Part shown: positions 8,573 to 18,774 of the stretch, in pieces
Layout: every line of letters starts with the position of its first letter
Numbering within the stretch: the stretch's first letter is position 1
Assembly: GCA_034044135.1 (NCBI GenBank)
Contig: CP139021.1
Span: 735,635-759,634, forward strand
Source: Flammeovirgaceae bacterium SG7u.111
Lineage (GTDB): Bacteria > Bacteroidota > Bacteroidia > Cytophagales > Flammeovirgaceae
Direction: 5' to 3'
Length of the DNA stretch: 24,000 bases
The notes under the pieces: model-generated
Databases searched by the model: none
What the model was told of the DNA's origin: nothing
The model's input: only the letters and a program-made list of their open reading frames with translations
Position numbers and translations under genes: made by a program

Positions 8573-9679
8573 TTAGAAAATTAGAAATGAAATAATTACT
8601 TCGAAAACAGAGAAGAATGAAATTGTGAAAAAATACACAAAGGAGAGGATGCCCAGCTTGAAAAAAGTTTTAATCCAACCTTGCTTGAATACCCTCTTGA
8701 ACATAGCAAAAGTATAGACGATAATAATAAGTGGCACTATGGCATAGAAAAGTCCTCCATCCCCAACCCAGTGAGCCCAAAGCATGGAACAAGTGAGCGC
8801 AAAATAAATAAAGGTATGAAGATGAAACCCAAAAATGAGGTGTTCGAGGTAAAGCCTTTTGGATCTGATGTACAAGATTTTGAGGAAAAATGCGAATATT
8901 GGGATGAGCAAGAAGACCATCGTAGGGATATTCTCTATCATTTCTACCAGTATGATATTGGGGTCGTTTTGTCCTAGTTTGATCAACCTGTTTGCCGCAA
9001 AGCGGTTCATCATATTTTTATTAGAGGCTTGTATGGAATCGAGTAGTGCATCGGCTGTCATGTCCTTTTGCCGAATCCAGATGTAATAGACTTTGTCTTC
9101 ATTGTAAAGATAATTAGCTCCCAAAAGTGTGTCCGTTTCCAAATTGGTAGAATCTTGGTCTAGCTTGAGGGAAAGCAAACGCATTTTGTCTTCCTTGTTC
9201 ATTCTGGCGGCAATGGCTTTCCCATCTTCCTCGGTCAGTACTCCATTATCTATGTGCTCGTCTATAATTTTTATCAAACTATAATCGAGGCTATCTTTCT
9301 TGTACTCTTCCTTAAGCTTCGCATCCAGGTCAGGTTCTCTGGGCAGCCACTTTGCTTCATTTATTTCAAATACATAAGACAAAGTAATGAAGAACAACAA
9401 ACTGGTGATTAGGTAGAAGCGTACAGGATGGACATATTTCATCCTTTTTCCATGGATGAAGGCATTGGTGAGGTAGCCAGGTTTGAACATAAATGGAATG
9501 AGGCTCCTTCCAAACCTAGAATCAATATCTATGTAATTGGTCACAAACTCTTTGAGCAGTTCCCATACGGTTAGTTTGTAATCGGTATTTTTTTGCCCGC
9601 AGTTAGGGCAAAAGTTTTCCTCTTCCGAGAGTGGGGTGTTGCAATTTAAGCAGTTTCTGGTCTTGTGGGTTATGTCCAT
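8573..9679 (-). CDS. DUF3667-type membrane protein with N-terminal zinc ribbon
   Basis: CLNCNTPLSEEENFCPNCGQKN zinc ribbon, then LLKEFVTNYIDIDSRFGRSLIPFMFKPGYLTNAFIHGKRMKYVHPVRFYLI, which is characteristic of DUF3667. Several C-terminal TM helices follow. Confidence 0.8.
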   Translation of the reverse strand: MDITHKTRNCLNCNTPLSEEENFCPNCGQKNTDYKLTVWELLKEFVTNYIDIDSRFGRSLIPFMFKPGYLTNAFIHGKRMKYVHPVRFYLITSLLFFITLSYVFEINEAKWLPREPDLDAKLKEEYKKDSLDYSLIKIIDEHIDNGVLTEEDGKAIAARMNKEDKMRLLSLKLDQDSTNLETDTLLGANYLYNEDKVYYIWIRQKDMTADALLDSIQASNKNMMNRFAANRLIKLGQNDPNIILVEMIENIPTMVFLLIPIFAFFLKILYIRSKRLYLEHLIFGFHLHTFIYFALTCSMLWAHWVGDGGLFYAIVPLIIIVYTFAMFKRVFKQGWIKTFFKLGILSFVYFFTISFFSVFEVIISFLIF

Positions 9680-9969
9680 TGTTGGTTCAAGCTATGGTTT
9701 TTGTTGTGCTAGTGGGTAAAAGGATGGGCATATTCAATGATAAAGATTTATACTATAAGAAAAGGATTTGGGGTCTGCTTTTTATTTCAACTGCCATCCC
9801 GATAGGACATGCCGTCAAAAAGGATGATTTAAGGTTAGTCAAATTATTTAGGAGGGTATAAGCGGCTTAAACTTATAAATCGTAATTTTGAAACCCCAAA
9901 TTAGAATTTGGTTTGCACAAAGGTGTAAAATCTGAAGAGGAAAACTTATAAGTAAGAGAAGATATTTAC

Positions 9970-11046
9970 ATGAATACATACGGACATATTTTTAGGATTA
10001 CCACATTTGGCGAGTCGCATGGAAAAGCAGTAGGCGTGACGATAGACGGCTGCCCAGCTGGAATAGAGGTGGACGAGGAGTTTATCCAATTGCAAATGGA
10101 CAGGCGTCGCCCTGGGCAATCTAAGATCACTACTCAGCGGAAAGAAGCCGATAAAGTAGAGATTCTGTCGGGCGTATTTGAGGGTAAAACTACAGGGACT
10201 CCCATTATGATGGTGGTTTTCAATGCCGATCAGCGCAGCAAAGATTATTCGCATATTAAGGACCATTTTCGCCCGTCGCATGCAGATTATACTTATCAGG
10301 TAAAATACGGTGTAAGGGATTACCGTGGCGGAGGAAGGAGTTCGGCAAGGGAAACCTTGGCGAGAGTGGCCGCTGGTGCTTTGGCAATGCAGTTCTTGAA
10401 GCAAAAAAGCATAGAAGTAATGAGCTATGTTTCTCAGGTAGGAGGGCTTCGTCTTGAAAAGCCTTACACGGAGTTGGACATGGGCAAGATTGAAAACAAT
10501 ATTGTTCGTTGCCCCGATGAGCAAATGGCTGAGGAGATGATTTCCTTGATAGACGATACCAGAAAAAACCGAGATACTATAGGTGGGGTGGTAACAGGTG
10601 TGATCAAAGGAGTGCCTGCTGGCTTAGGCGAGCCTGTGTTTGATAAACTTCATGCTGAGCTGGGCAAGGCTATGCTGGGTATCAATGCGGTGAAAGGATT
10701 TGAATATGGAAGTGGTTTCGATGGGGTAGCGCTTACAGGTTCTGCTCACAACGATGAGTTTTACCAAGATGAGGATGGGAACTTCCGTACCAAGACCAAT
10801 CATTCGGGCGGAATCCAAGGAGGGATATCGAATGGAGAAGATATATATTTCCGGGTAGCATTTAAGCCAGTGGCCACTATCATGCAAGACCAAGATAGCC
10901 TTGATAAAGACGGGAATAAAGTGACGGTTTCGGGAAAAGGACGTCACGACCCTTGCGTAGTGCCCCGTGCGGTACCAATTGTAGATGCAATGTCGGCATT
11001 AGTAATTGCCGATTTTTTGCTCAGAAACGAGGTTATTAAGTCATAA
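9970..11046 (+). CDS. aroC: Chorismate synthase
   Basis: [56 protein letters not shown] and [13 protein letters not shown]. The full-length match to the family is unambiguous. Confidence 0.97.
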   Translation: MNTYGHIFRITTFGESHGKAVGVTIDGCPAGIEVDEEFIQLQMDRRRPGQSKITTQRKEADKVEILSGVFEGKTTGTPIMMVVFNADQRSKDYSHIKDHFRPSHADYTYQVKYGVRDYRGGGRSSARETLARVAAGALAMQFLKQKSIEVMSYVSQVGGLRLEKPYTELDMGKIENNIVRCPDEQMAEEMISLIDDTRKNRDTIGGVVTGVIKGVPAGLGEPVFDKLHAELGKAMLGINAVKGFEYGSGFDGVALTGSAHNDEFYQDEDGNFRTKTNHSGGIQGGISNGEDIYFRVAFKPVATIMQDQDSLDKDGNKVTVSGKGRHDPCVVPRAVPIVDAMSALVIADFLLRNEVIKS

Positions 11047-11180
11047 AACAAGGGTTAAATCGGAAAAGACTGGTAACAAGGAGAATAGATCATAAATAAT
11101 TTACATAGAGGTTTTGTAATCAATTTGAATATTTCTACCTTTGCAGTTCTAAAATTTGGGTTACTTAAAGATATTTATAA

Positions 11181-11564
11181 ATGCCTACTATACAGCAATT
11201 AGTAAAGAAGGGACGTAAGAAGCTGGTTTCCAAGTCAAAATCACCAGCGTTAGATTCATGTCCGCAAAGAAGGGGAGTATGCACAAGGGTATATACCACT
11301 ACTCCTAAAAAGCCAAACTCAGCGATGAGAAAAGTGGCTAGGGTAAGGTTGACCAATGGAAAAGAGGTGAATGCCTATATTCCAGGTGAAGGTCATAACC
11401 TCCAAGAGCACTCAATAGTGTTGATCAGAGGTGGAAGGGTAAAAGATTTACCTGGTGTAAGGTATCACATCGTGAGGGGTGCGCTTGACACTGCTGGTGT
11501 GAGCGGTCGTACGCAAAGGCGTTCTAAATACGGTGCTAAGAGGCCTAAAGACGCTAAGAAGTAA
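11181..11564 (+). CDS. rpsL: 30S ribosomal protein S12
   Basis: [14 protein letters not shown]...[18 protein letters not shown]...[29 protein letters not shown]. Confidence 0.98.
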   Translation: MPTIQQLVKKGRKKLVSKSKSPALDSCPQRRGVCTRVYTTTPKKPNSAMRKVARVRLTNGKEVNAYIPGEGHNLQEHSIVLIRGGRVKDLPGVRYHIVRGALDTAGVSGRTQRRSKYGAKRPKDAKK

Positions 11565-11592
11565 TATTTAAGATATATAATTTAAGTCAAAA

Positions 11593-12075
11593 ATGAGAAA
11601 GGGAAAACCGGCCAAGAGATATGTGTTGCCAGATCCAAAGTTCAGTGATGCTTTGGTGACCAAGTTTGTTAACAGCTTGATGTTAGATGGAAAGAAAAGT
11701 ACCGCTTATGGTATCTTTTATGATGCGTTAGACATCGTAGAGCAAAAGCTTGGAAAAGATGGCGACGAGATTCAAGGTCTTGAGGTATTCAAAAAAGCTT
11801 TGAACAATATCACTCCTAATGTAGAGGTAAAAAGCCGTAGGGTAGGTGGTGCAACTTTCCAAGTTCCTACTGAAGTACGTCCTGAAAGGAAGACTTCATT
11901 GGGTATCAAATGGATGATTCTTTTTGCTCGCAAGAGAAATGAGAAGACTATGAAGGAAAAGTTAGCTGGCGAGATCATCGCAGCAGCGAAGGGTGAAGGC
12001 TCTGCCGTGAAGAAGAAAGATGATACTCACAGAATGGCTGACGCAAACAAAGCATTTTCACATTTTAGATTCTAA
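11593..12075 (+). CDS. rpsG: 30S ribosomal protein S7
   Basis: LPDPKF...[17 protein letters not shown]...[16 protein letters not shown]...[10 protein letters not shown]. Confidence 0.98.
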   Translation: MRKGKPAKRYVLPDPKFSDALVTKFVNSLMLDGKKSTAYGIFYDALDIVEQKLGKDGDEIQGLEVFKKALNNITPNVEVKSRRVGGATFQVPTEVRPERKTSLGIKWMILFARKRNEKTMKEKLAGEIIAAAKGEGSAVKKKDDTHRMADANKAFSHFRF

Positions 12076-12080
12076 CAATC

Positions 12081-14204
12081 GTGGCAAAGAAAGATTTAGC
12101 ATTCCAACGGAATATCGGTATCATGGCTCACATCGATGCTGGTAAAACCACAACTACTGAGAGGGTTCTTTATTACACAGGTATCAGTCACAAGATTGGT
12201 GAGGTGCACGATGGTGCGGCTACAATGGACTGGATGGAGCAGGAGCAAGAAAGAGGTATTACTATTACTTCAGCTGCTACTACTACTGTGTGGAACTACC
12301 CTACAGAGCAAGGTAAGCCTACTAAAGATACCAAGCCTTTTAAGGTAAACATAATTGATACTCCGGGTCACGTTGATTTTACTGTAGAGGTAGAGCGTTC
12401 ACTAAGGGTGCTAGATGGTGCTGTGGCACTTTTCTGTGCTGTGTCTGGTGTTGAGCCTCAGTCCGAAACTGTATGGCGTCAAGCTGATAAGTATCATGTT
12501 CCACGTATCTGTTTTGTAAACAAAATGGATAGAGCTGGTGCAGATTTCTTTAATGCTGTAAAAGATATTAAAGAAAAATTAGGTGCTAACCCAGTACCTC
12601 TTCAAATTCCAATTGGGGCTGAAGAAGGTTTCAAAGGTGTGGTTGACTTGATTTTGAATAAAGGTATCATCTGGAATGATGCTGACCAAGGTATGACTTA
12701 TCAAATTATCGATATCCCTGCTGAGCTTAAAGATGAGGCTCAGAAGTGGAGAGATGAGTTGATTGAGAATGTTGCCCTTTATGACGATGAATTGTTCATG
12801 AAGTACGACGAAGATCCAGATTCTATCACTGTAGAGGAAACTATGGCTGCTGTAAGGGCTGCTGTAATCGACATGTCAATGTCACCTGTGCTTTGTGGAT
12901 CTGCCTTCAAAAACAAAGGTGTTCAAGCTCTTCTTGATGCAGTTGCGGCCTACTTGCCATCTCCGCTTGACTTGCCTCCAGTAAAAGGTATTAACCCAGA
13001 TACTGAAGAGGAAGAAACAAGAAGACCAGATAATGATGACCCATTTGCTGCACTAGCATTTAAAATTGCTACTGACCCTTATGTAGGTCGTTTGTGTTTC
13101 ATGAGATCTTACTCAGGTGTCTTGGAGTCAGGTTCTTATATAACAAATATGAGAACTGGTAAGAAGGAACGTATTTCTAGGCTTCTTCAAATGCATGCTA
13201 ACAAGCAAAATGCAATTGATAGAGTAGAGGCAGGTGATATTTGTGCTGGTGTTGGTTTTAAAGACATCAAAACAGGTGATACACTAGTAGCAGAGGGTAG
13301 CCCAATCATTTTGGAAGAAATGACTTTCCCTGAGCCAGTAATTGGTTATGCTATCGAGCCTAAGAAACAAGCTGACGTTGATAAATTAGGAGCTGCTTTA
13401 GGCAAACTAGTAGAAGAAGATCCTACACTTTCAGTAAAAACTGACCATGAAACTGGTCAGACTGTATTGAGAGGTATGGGTGAGCTTCACTTGGAGATTA
13501 TCATCGATAGGTTGAAGAGAGAGTTTAAAGTAGAGATCAACCAAGGTGCTCCTCAAGTTGCTTACAAAGAAGCGTTGACTAGCAGCGTTGAGCACAGAGA
13601 AGTTTATAAGAAACAAACTGGTGGTCGTGGTAAATTTGCGGATATTCAGTTTGAAATAGGTCCTGCGGAAGGAGATAAAGAAGGCCTTGAGTTTGTTGAC
13701 CAAATCAAGGGTGGTGTAATTCCTAAAGAATTTATCCCTGCGATCCAGAAAGGCTTCAAAGATGCAATGGCTAACGGTGTGTTGGCAGGTTTCCCTGTTG
13801 ATAGCATGAGGGTAAGATTGTTCTTTGGTTCTTTCCACGACGTTGACTCAGATGCTCTTTCTTTCGAACTTGCAGCTAAAATAGGTTACAAAGAAGCTGG
13901 TAAAAAAGCGAAGCCTGTATTGCTTGAGCCTATCATGGACGTGGAAGTTGTTTCTCCTGATGAGTACACTGGTAATGTAATCGGTGACCTTAACAGAAGA
14001 AGGGGTATGCCTAAAGGACAAGAAGTAAAAGGTGGTGCTGTAGTAATCAAAGCTGATGTACCTCTTTCTGAATTGTTCGGTTATGTTACTTCTTTGAGAA
14101 CAATCACTTCGGGTAGGGCTTCTGCTTCATTGACATTCTCTCATTATGCAGAGGTGCCAAGAAATATTGCAGAAAGTGTAATTGCAGAAGTAAAAGGCTC
14201 TTAA
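12081..14204 (+). CDS. fusA: Translation elongation factor G
   Basis: GTG start. G-domain motifs [17 protein letters not shown] and NKMD. Full-length EF-G similarity continues through domains II-V. Confidence 0.98.
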   Translation: MAKKDLAFQRNIGIMAHIDAGKTTTTERVLYYTGISHKIGEVHDGAATMDWMEQEQERGITITSAATTTVWNYPTEQGKPTKDTKPFKVNIIDTPGHVDFTVEVERSLRVLDGAVALFCAVSGVEPQSETVWRQADKYHVPRICFVNKMDRAGADFFNAVKDIKEKLGANPVPLQIPIGAEEGFKGVVDLILNKGIIWNDADQGMTYQIIDIPAELKDEAQKWRDELIENVALYDDELFMKYDEDPDSITVEETMAAVRAAVIDMSMSPVLCGSAFKNKGVQALLDAVAAYLPSPLDLPPVKGINPDTEEEETRRPDNDDPFAALAFKIATDPYVGRLCFMRSYSGVLESGSYITNMRTGKKERISRLLQMHANKQNAIDRVEAGDICAGVGFKDIKTGDTLVAEGSPIILEEMTFPEPVIGYAIEPKKQADVDKLGAALGKLVEEDPTLSVKTDHETGQTVLRGMGELHLEIIIDRLKREFKVEINQGAPQVAYKEALTSSVEHREVYKKQTGGRGKFADIQFEIGPAEGDKEGLEFVDQIKGGVIPKEFIPAIQKGFKDAMANGVLAGFPVDSMRVRLFFGSFHDVDSDALSFELAAKIGYKEAGKKAKPVLLEPIMDVEVVSPDEYTGNVIGDLNRRRGMPKGQEVKGGAVVIKADVPLSELFGYVTSLRTITSGRASASLTFSHYAEVPRNIAESVIAEVKGS

Positions 14205-14221
14205 TTATATTCAAAATTAAT

Positions 14222-14249
14222 GCAGCCTTCAAACGTGGGGGCTGCTTTT
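14222..14249 (+). terminator. Hairpin plus T tract between fusA and rpsJ (terminator or attenuator)
   Basis: GCAGCCTTC (14222-14230) pairs with GGGGGCTGC (14237-14245), using two G-U pairs, and is followed by TTTT. It lies inside the 85-nt fusA-rpsJ spacer. Confidence 0.5.
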
Positions 14250-14289
14250 CATACTTATTTATTGGCAGACGGCTAATATAAACAATCCT

Positions 14290-14595
14290 ATGAATCAGAA
14301 AATTAGAATCAAATTGAAATCTTACGACCACAACTTGGTTGATAAGTCATCTGAAAAGATAGTAAGAGCTGTTAAAGCTACTGGTGCGGTTGTAAGTGGT
14401 CCTATTCCACTTCCTACTGAGAAAGACAAGTTTACCGTATTGCGTTCACCACACGTAAGTAAAAAATCAAGGGAGCAATTCCAACTTTGTACTTACAAAA
14501 GACTAGTAGATATTTATTCTTCTTCAGCTAAAACTGTTGATGCATTGATGAAACTAGAATTGCCAAGTGGAGTTGACGTAGAGATCAAAGTTTGA
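14290..14595 (+). CDS. rpsJ: 30S ribosomal protein S10
   Basis: [21 protein letters not shown]...[25 protein letters not shown]...H.RL.DI. Confidence 0.98.
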   Translation: MNQKIRIKLKSYDHNLVDKSSEKIVRAVKATGAVVSGPIPLPTEKDKFTVLRSPHVSKKSREQFQLCTYKRLVDIYSSSAKTVDALMKLELPSGVDVEIKV

Positions 14596-14617
14596 TCAAC
14601 ATACATTAGATATATGC

Positions 14618-14660
14618 AAAAAGGCTGTCTCAAATTTTTGAGACAGCCTTTTTCTTTTTA
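14618..14660. terminator. Bidirectional Rho-independent terminator between convergent rpsJ and phoH
   Basis: AAAAAGGCTGTCTCAA / TTGAGACAGCCTTTTT is a near-perfect 16-bp palindrome (14618-14653) with A and T tracts on both sides. It sits between the stops at 14595 and 14683. Confidence 0.85.
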
Positions 14661-14682
14661 TTTCACTTGTAAAGATGAGCCC

Positions 14683-15618
14683 TTATTGTTTATTGTAGGC
14701 TTCAATAATGCTCTTTACAAGCCTATGTCTAATTACATCTTTTGTGCTCAGCTTAATTATCCCAATCCCTTTTACTTCTTCCAATACCTTTACAGCTTCC
14801 ACCATACCCGATTTCATCCCTTTTGGCAAGTCGATTTGAGAGACATCGCCAGTAATAATCATCTTAGAATCAGGCCCCATCCTCGTGAGGAACATCTTCA
14901 TCTGCATTGTGGTGGTGTTTTGTGCTTCATCGAGCAAGATAAAAGCTTGGTTGAGCGTACGTCCCCTCATGTAGGCCAATGGTGCAATTTCTATTACCTC
15001 ATTTTCCAAGTAATATTTCAGCTTTTCGGCAGGGATCATGTCGTAGAGTGCATCGTAAATAGGGCGCAAATATGGGTCAACCTTGTCTTTGAGGTCGCCT
15101 GGCAAAAAACCTAGGTTTTCTCCAGCTTCTACCGCAGGTCGAGTAATGATTATTCGCTTTACTACCTTGTTTTTTAGCGCTCTCACCGCCATTGCCACCG
15201 ATACATAGGTTTTTCCCGTACCTGCTGGCCCTACGGCAAAACAGAGATCATTCTCGTTCACCGCATCTACCAAGTTCTTCTGGTTTTCAGTACGAGGACG
15301 GATGGCAACCCCTCTGGCTCCATAGATCAGCGTCTCTTCTTTGAACTGAGATTGGACGCTGCCCTTGTCTTTTTCTATATAATTGGCAACATTATCTGTG
15401 GTGATTTTTCCAAATTTGTAATAGTGCTCCAACAGATCGTTGAAGGTGTTGTTGATTTTTAGTATCTCTGGGGTAGCCCCTTGGATGCGTATTTCATTCC
15501 CCCTAGAAATGATCTTACTTTTGGGAAATGCCGTAGCTAATTCTTTGATATTTTCGTTTTCAACGCCTAAAAAATCTACCAAAGAAACATTCTCTAGCTT
15601 AATTACTTTTTCTACCAA
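14683..15618 (-). CDS. phoH: PhoH-family ATPase
   Basis: Walker A is GPAGTGKTYVSVA and Walker B is ILLDEAQN. ITGDVSQIDLP is also present. The only in-frame start after the upstream stop is the TTG at 15618. Confidence 0.92.
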   Translation of the reverse strand: MVEKVIKLENVSLVDFLGVENENIKELATAFPKSKIISRGNEIRIQGATPEILKINNTFNDLLEHYYKFGKITTDNVANYIEKDKGSVQSQFKEETLIYGARGVAIRPRTENQKNLVDAVNENDLCFAVGPAGTGKTYVSVAMAVRALKNKVVKRIIITRPAVEAGENLGFLPGDLKDKVDPYLRPIYDALYDMIPAEKLKYYLENEVIEIAPLAYMRGRTLNQAFILLDEAQNTTTMQMKMFLTRMGPDSKMIITGDVSQIDLPKGMKSGMVEAVKVLEEVKGIGIIKLSTKDVIRHRLVKSIIEAYNKQ

Positions 15619-15820
15619 ATATTGAGTTTTTTAAATGATTAACATGTATTTGCCTGCATATGAAGTAGTACAAAACACCCCAACTTAGTTGCAGGAAAAT
15701 GACTAAAACCAAATGTACGATTTTTTTGATCTCAAACCAATAGGCTTTTTTAATGGGTAATATGAAGAAGTTAATCCTCGAAAAAGCTCCGTAGTTCTGC
15801 GCTTAGCCAGTCCCCCATCC

Positions 15821-16480
15821 TCACACCGCTATCCCCGGATCTATTTCATACGCAGAGTCCATGTGGCAAAGTTGGTTGAGTACTGCGGCAAAAAGCGCAT
15901 AAAGCAACTTCAACTCCTCTAGTTTTTTGAGCGTTCCATATGTTTCAAAGTAAAGCAAATCTGCCCCTTCTTTTTCATATTTATTTTTCTTGAAGAAACC
16001 CTCATCGTCTTTTATTTCAAAATTCACCTTGGGCGCCTCCAACAATAGCTTTTTGATAGTCGGGTTTTTAAAGAGCTTTTTTACCTTGCCCTCGTCGTTC
16101 CCCTGAATAATGAACTTCTCATCGAACACCACATCGCCTATTTCAATGTCTTGCATACCAAAAAGCTTTCCCAAGCCACTAAATACGCTCCCCTTGTAAA
16201 TCTTGAAGCGAAACCCATCTTTGTTGATAAAAGGTGCGCGCAGCCTTGTAAATGGAATAGTAGTCTGCCCCGAAGAGCGGTTGAAAGTATCTAGCGTGAT
16301 CACCCATTCCTTAAATTTCGCCTCCACTCTGTCCGACCGACCTTTCCAAAAGCTTCCGTCTACAAACTCCGCATTGATTTCTTGGCTTAGTTGCTGCCAT
16401 ATTTCTTCCTTCGATGGACCGAAAACGTCTTTTAGCATAAAAAAATGTTCTTTTAAGGTAAAAAAAAACTTCCCTACCAA
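15821..16480 (-). CDS. Hypothetical protein (no family recognised)
   Basis: Long ORF with coding-like composition. The track start at 16480 gives MVGKFFFTLKEHFF... through a T9 tract. The ATG at 16438 (MLKDVFGPSKEEIW...) is an equally plausible start. Confidence 0.6.
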   Translation of the reverse strand: MVGKFFFTLKEHFFMLKDVFGPSKEEIWQQLSQEINAEFVDGSFWKGRSDRVEAKFKEWVITLDTFNRSSGQTTIPFTRLRAPFINKDGFRFKIYKGSVFSGLGKLFGMQDIEIGDVVFDEKFIIQGNDEGKVKKLFKNPTIKKLLLEAPKVNFEIKDDEGFFKKNKYEKEGADLLYFETYGTLKKLEELKLLYALFAAVLNQLCHMDSAYEIDPGIAV

Positions 16481-16571
16481 TTCTATACGGAGAAAAGATA
16501 GGGAAGGTAATATGCAGCAAGCTAATTTAATCTTTTGGGTATAACCAATAGTTTAAATGACTTCGGTATAA

Positions 16572-17894
16572 CTATTTAAACTCCACTTCCAAAATCGTAT
16601 CTATCTCGTTGCGCTTAGCGTACGGCAAGCTCACAGAAAGTCCAAATTCAGTTTGCTTGAACTTCAGCCCTTCCTTCCCATCGTACAACTTCACCGATTT
16701 TACTTTTTTGCCTTCTAACCCAGGCACTAAAAAACTCTCGTCGGGTTGATCAAAAATGTGCAAATACACTTTTCCATCCTTTTGAGTACTCACGCCCCAG
16801 TCTCTTGGGGGCATAGGGCCGCCTCTTGTTCCAAAAATAGTTTCTCCGTACTTCTTGTTCCATTCGCCCATTTCTTTGAGCAAAGCTGCATGTTCGGGCT
16901 GGATTTTCCCATTGGGCATAGGCCCTACATTGAGCAAAAAGTTTGCATTGTAGCCAGAAGCTTTCACCAAGTACCTCACCAGTGTTTTTAAGCTCTTGTC
17001 GTTTCTATCTTTGATGTTAAAACCCCAAGAACCGTTGATCGTTTCGCAGGTTTCTAGTGGAAGACTGCCTACTTTGCTGTCGCCCGAGAAGCCTGTGGTA
17101 TTGTGCCCAGGCAAGTCTTTTTCAAACATCTGGAAATCCTCCCCATTGAAAGGAGCTAAGTGGTGGTTGCTACCTACCAAAGCCGCAGGTTGTAGTTTGT
17201 GGATCAAACGATACGTTTCCTCGTGCCTCCAGTTAGCTTTTTTCTTGTCCCACATGCCATCGAACCAAATGCCGCCCACCTCGCCATAGTTGGTAAGTAG
17301 TTCCGTCAGTTGGGTATTCATGTAGTCTATATACTTGTTCCAGTCACCGCTGTCGGGCCTGCCCGTATAGCCTTGACCTGTTCTGCCCCTTGGGTAATAA
17401 TCTGGATGGTGCCAGTCGAGCTGCGAGTAGTAGAAAAACAGCTTAATCCCCTGTTTGTCGCACTCGTCTTTCAGTAGCTTCAGCACATCTTTTCCGTAAG
17501 AAGTCTTATCAACAATGTTGTAGTCCGATACTTTGGAGTCGTACATGGCAAAGCCATCGTGGTGCTTGCTGGTGATGGTGATGTACTTCATCCCCGCATC
17601 TTTCACCATCTGCACCCATTCCTTCGCATCAAAATCAACCGGATTGAAAAACGAAGGAAGCTTCTCATACTCCTTTATAGGGATTTTCTTTTGGTTCATG
17701 ATCCACTCGGCAATTCCCTTGTCGCCACCGCCGCCCATCACGCTGTACACGCCCCAGTGCACAAACAAGCCGAAGCGGGCATCTTGGAACCATTCCCTCG
17801 CTTCTAGATTTTCGGGCGTGGGTTCATATTTTTGGGCAAAAGCTGCACCCCAAACCAGCAGCAAAACAACTAGTACTGTGAAGTTCTTTTTCAT
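16572..17894 (-). CDS. Secreted alpha-L-fucosidase, glycoside hydrolase family 29
   Basis: Signal peptide MKKNFTVLVVLLLVWGAAFA. Motifs FGLFVHWGVYSV, ITSKHHDGFAMYDS, GGIWFDG and LLNVGP are typical of GH29. Confidence 0.92.
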   Translation of the reverse strand: MKKNFTVLVVLLLVWGAAFAQKYEPTPENLEAREWFQDARFGLFVHWGVYSVMGGGGDKGIAEWIMNQKKIPIKEYEKLPSFFNPVDFDAKEWVQMVKDAGMKYITITSKHHDGFAMYDSKVSDYNIVDKTSYGKDVLKLLKDECDKQGIKLFFYYSQLDWHHPDYYPRGRTGQGYTGRPDSGDWNKYIDYMNTQLTELLTNYGEVGGIWFDGMWDKKKANWRHEETYRLIHKLQPAALVGSNHHLAPFNGEDFQMFEKDLPGHNTTGFSGDSKVGSLPLETCETINGSWGFNIKDRNDKSLKTLVRYLVKASGYNANFLLNVGPMPNGKIQPEHAALLKEMGEWNKKYGETIFGTRGGPMPPRDWGVSTQKDGKVYLHIFDQPDESFLVPGLEGKKVKSVKLYDGKEGLKFKQTEFGLSVSLPYAKRNEIDTILEVEFK

Positions 17895-18059
17895 TTCTAT
17901 TTACTTTTTTGTTAACGTTATCATTATTAGTTTAAAAGTAAGAATAGCAGGTCAAAAAAAACAGGTTTGAGGATGATTTTATTTGGTGGGAAAGTTTAAA
18001 AGTCAAGTTTCATATACGCCACAAAGATTCATCTTTTAGCGAAATAAGTTGTAAAATGT

Positions 18060-18774
18060 CTATTTACTCTTTGAAGACAAAGACCAGTCAAGCGTAATCG
18101 TATAGCCCAAAAAGAAGGTTTTATCGTCGTACGAAAGCTTCTTTGAATATCCATCGAGCAAAATCCCGTCCATTGCCTTTCCTAAGTCGATGGCATCGTA
18201 ATTCAATGTTGCCAACCATGGCTCTCTTCCCCTCGTCCACGTAGAACCTAAGCCCTAAGCCTAGGCCATAATAAAAAAAGCCACTTGCTTGCTTAGAGTG
18301 GTAAGAATCACTTACTTCCCAAAAGCCATTTCCATTTGCTGGAGGGTCGCCATAGACATGATGGCTTATTTCCATTAGCTGCCAAGCATATCCCACCCTT
18401 GGCGATGCTACAAAAAAAACATCAATTCCTGTTTCAATAAAAAACTCAGGCCCAAGAGATATAGTAGGAACCCTGTGCCCTACATATGTTTCCGATTCTA
18501 ACCCAATAGCTTTAGTATCATCCCACTCAGTTGTTTCATAACTTGTCAAAAACAAATTTGTCTGCAAAGAAGCTCCAAGCCAACTTTTAGATTTGTAAGA
18601 ATACGCCCCACCAATAACGGCTCCGTTGTCAAAGCCTACGCCAGGCACTAAAACCTGCCCTAATTCTATAGATAAGTAGCTGTTCTGACCACAACTTATA
18701 CTAGGTATGAGCATAAGCAAGAAAAGAAATTGATAGGCATGAACTCTTGTGAACATAATGGGAATGGGTTTCAT
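18060..18774 (-). pseudogene. OMP-like beta-barrel/lipoprotein gene with an apparent 1-nt frameshift near 18205
   Basis: The track ORF (18121-18774) has a signal peptide with ...LIPSISCGQ and a Gly/Tyr/aromatic-rich body. It ends in an Arg-rich tail, RCHRLRKGNGRDFARWIFKEAFVRR. The adjacent frame reads TLNYDAIDLGKAMDGILLDGYSKKLSYDDKTFFLGYTITLDWSLSSKSK through to a stop at 18060. The total span is 715 nt, which is 3n+1. Confidence 0.5.

Noticed and set aside
9631-9861. A 76-aa ORF in the DUF3667/aroC divergent region.
   Set aside because: It overlaps the 5' end of the DUF3667 gene in antisense and has a Cys/Leu-rich, non-protein-like start. No start context or family was recognisable. It is probably promoter DNA.
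9896-9911. The perfect palindrome CCAAATT-AG-AATTTGG upstream of aroC, and the AAACTTATAA direct repeat at about 9869 and about 9940.
   Set aside because: They are short and AT-rich in an AT-rich spacer, so chance occurrence is plausible. No known operator was recognised. They might be worth a look only if conserved in relatives.
9946-10524. A 192-aa ORF antisense to aroC.
   Set aside because: It lies entirely inside the unambiguous chorismate synthase gene on the opposite strand. It is a typical shadow ORF.
13431-13838. A 135-aa ORF antisense to fusA, plus the 70-aa plus-strand out-of-frame ORF at 12136-12348.
   Set aside because: Both are embedded in the EF-G coding sequence and have no independent signals.
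14614-15114. A 166-aa plus-strand ORF that starts inside the rpsJ/phoH terminator.
   Set aside because: It is antisense to the PhoH-family gene, whose Walker motifs are clear. It also begins within a hairpin.
16460-16468. An A9 (T9 on the coding strand) tract between the two candidate start codons of the hypothetical gene 15821-16480, as a possible phase-variation site.
   Set aside because: If the true start is the ATG at 16438, the tract is simply 5' leader. There is no evidence of length variation in a single sequence.
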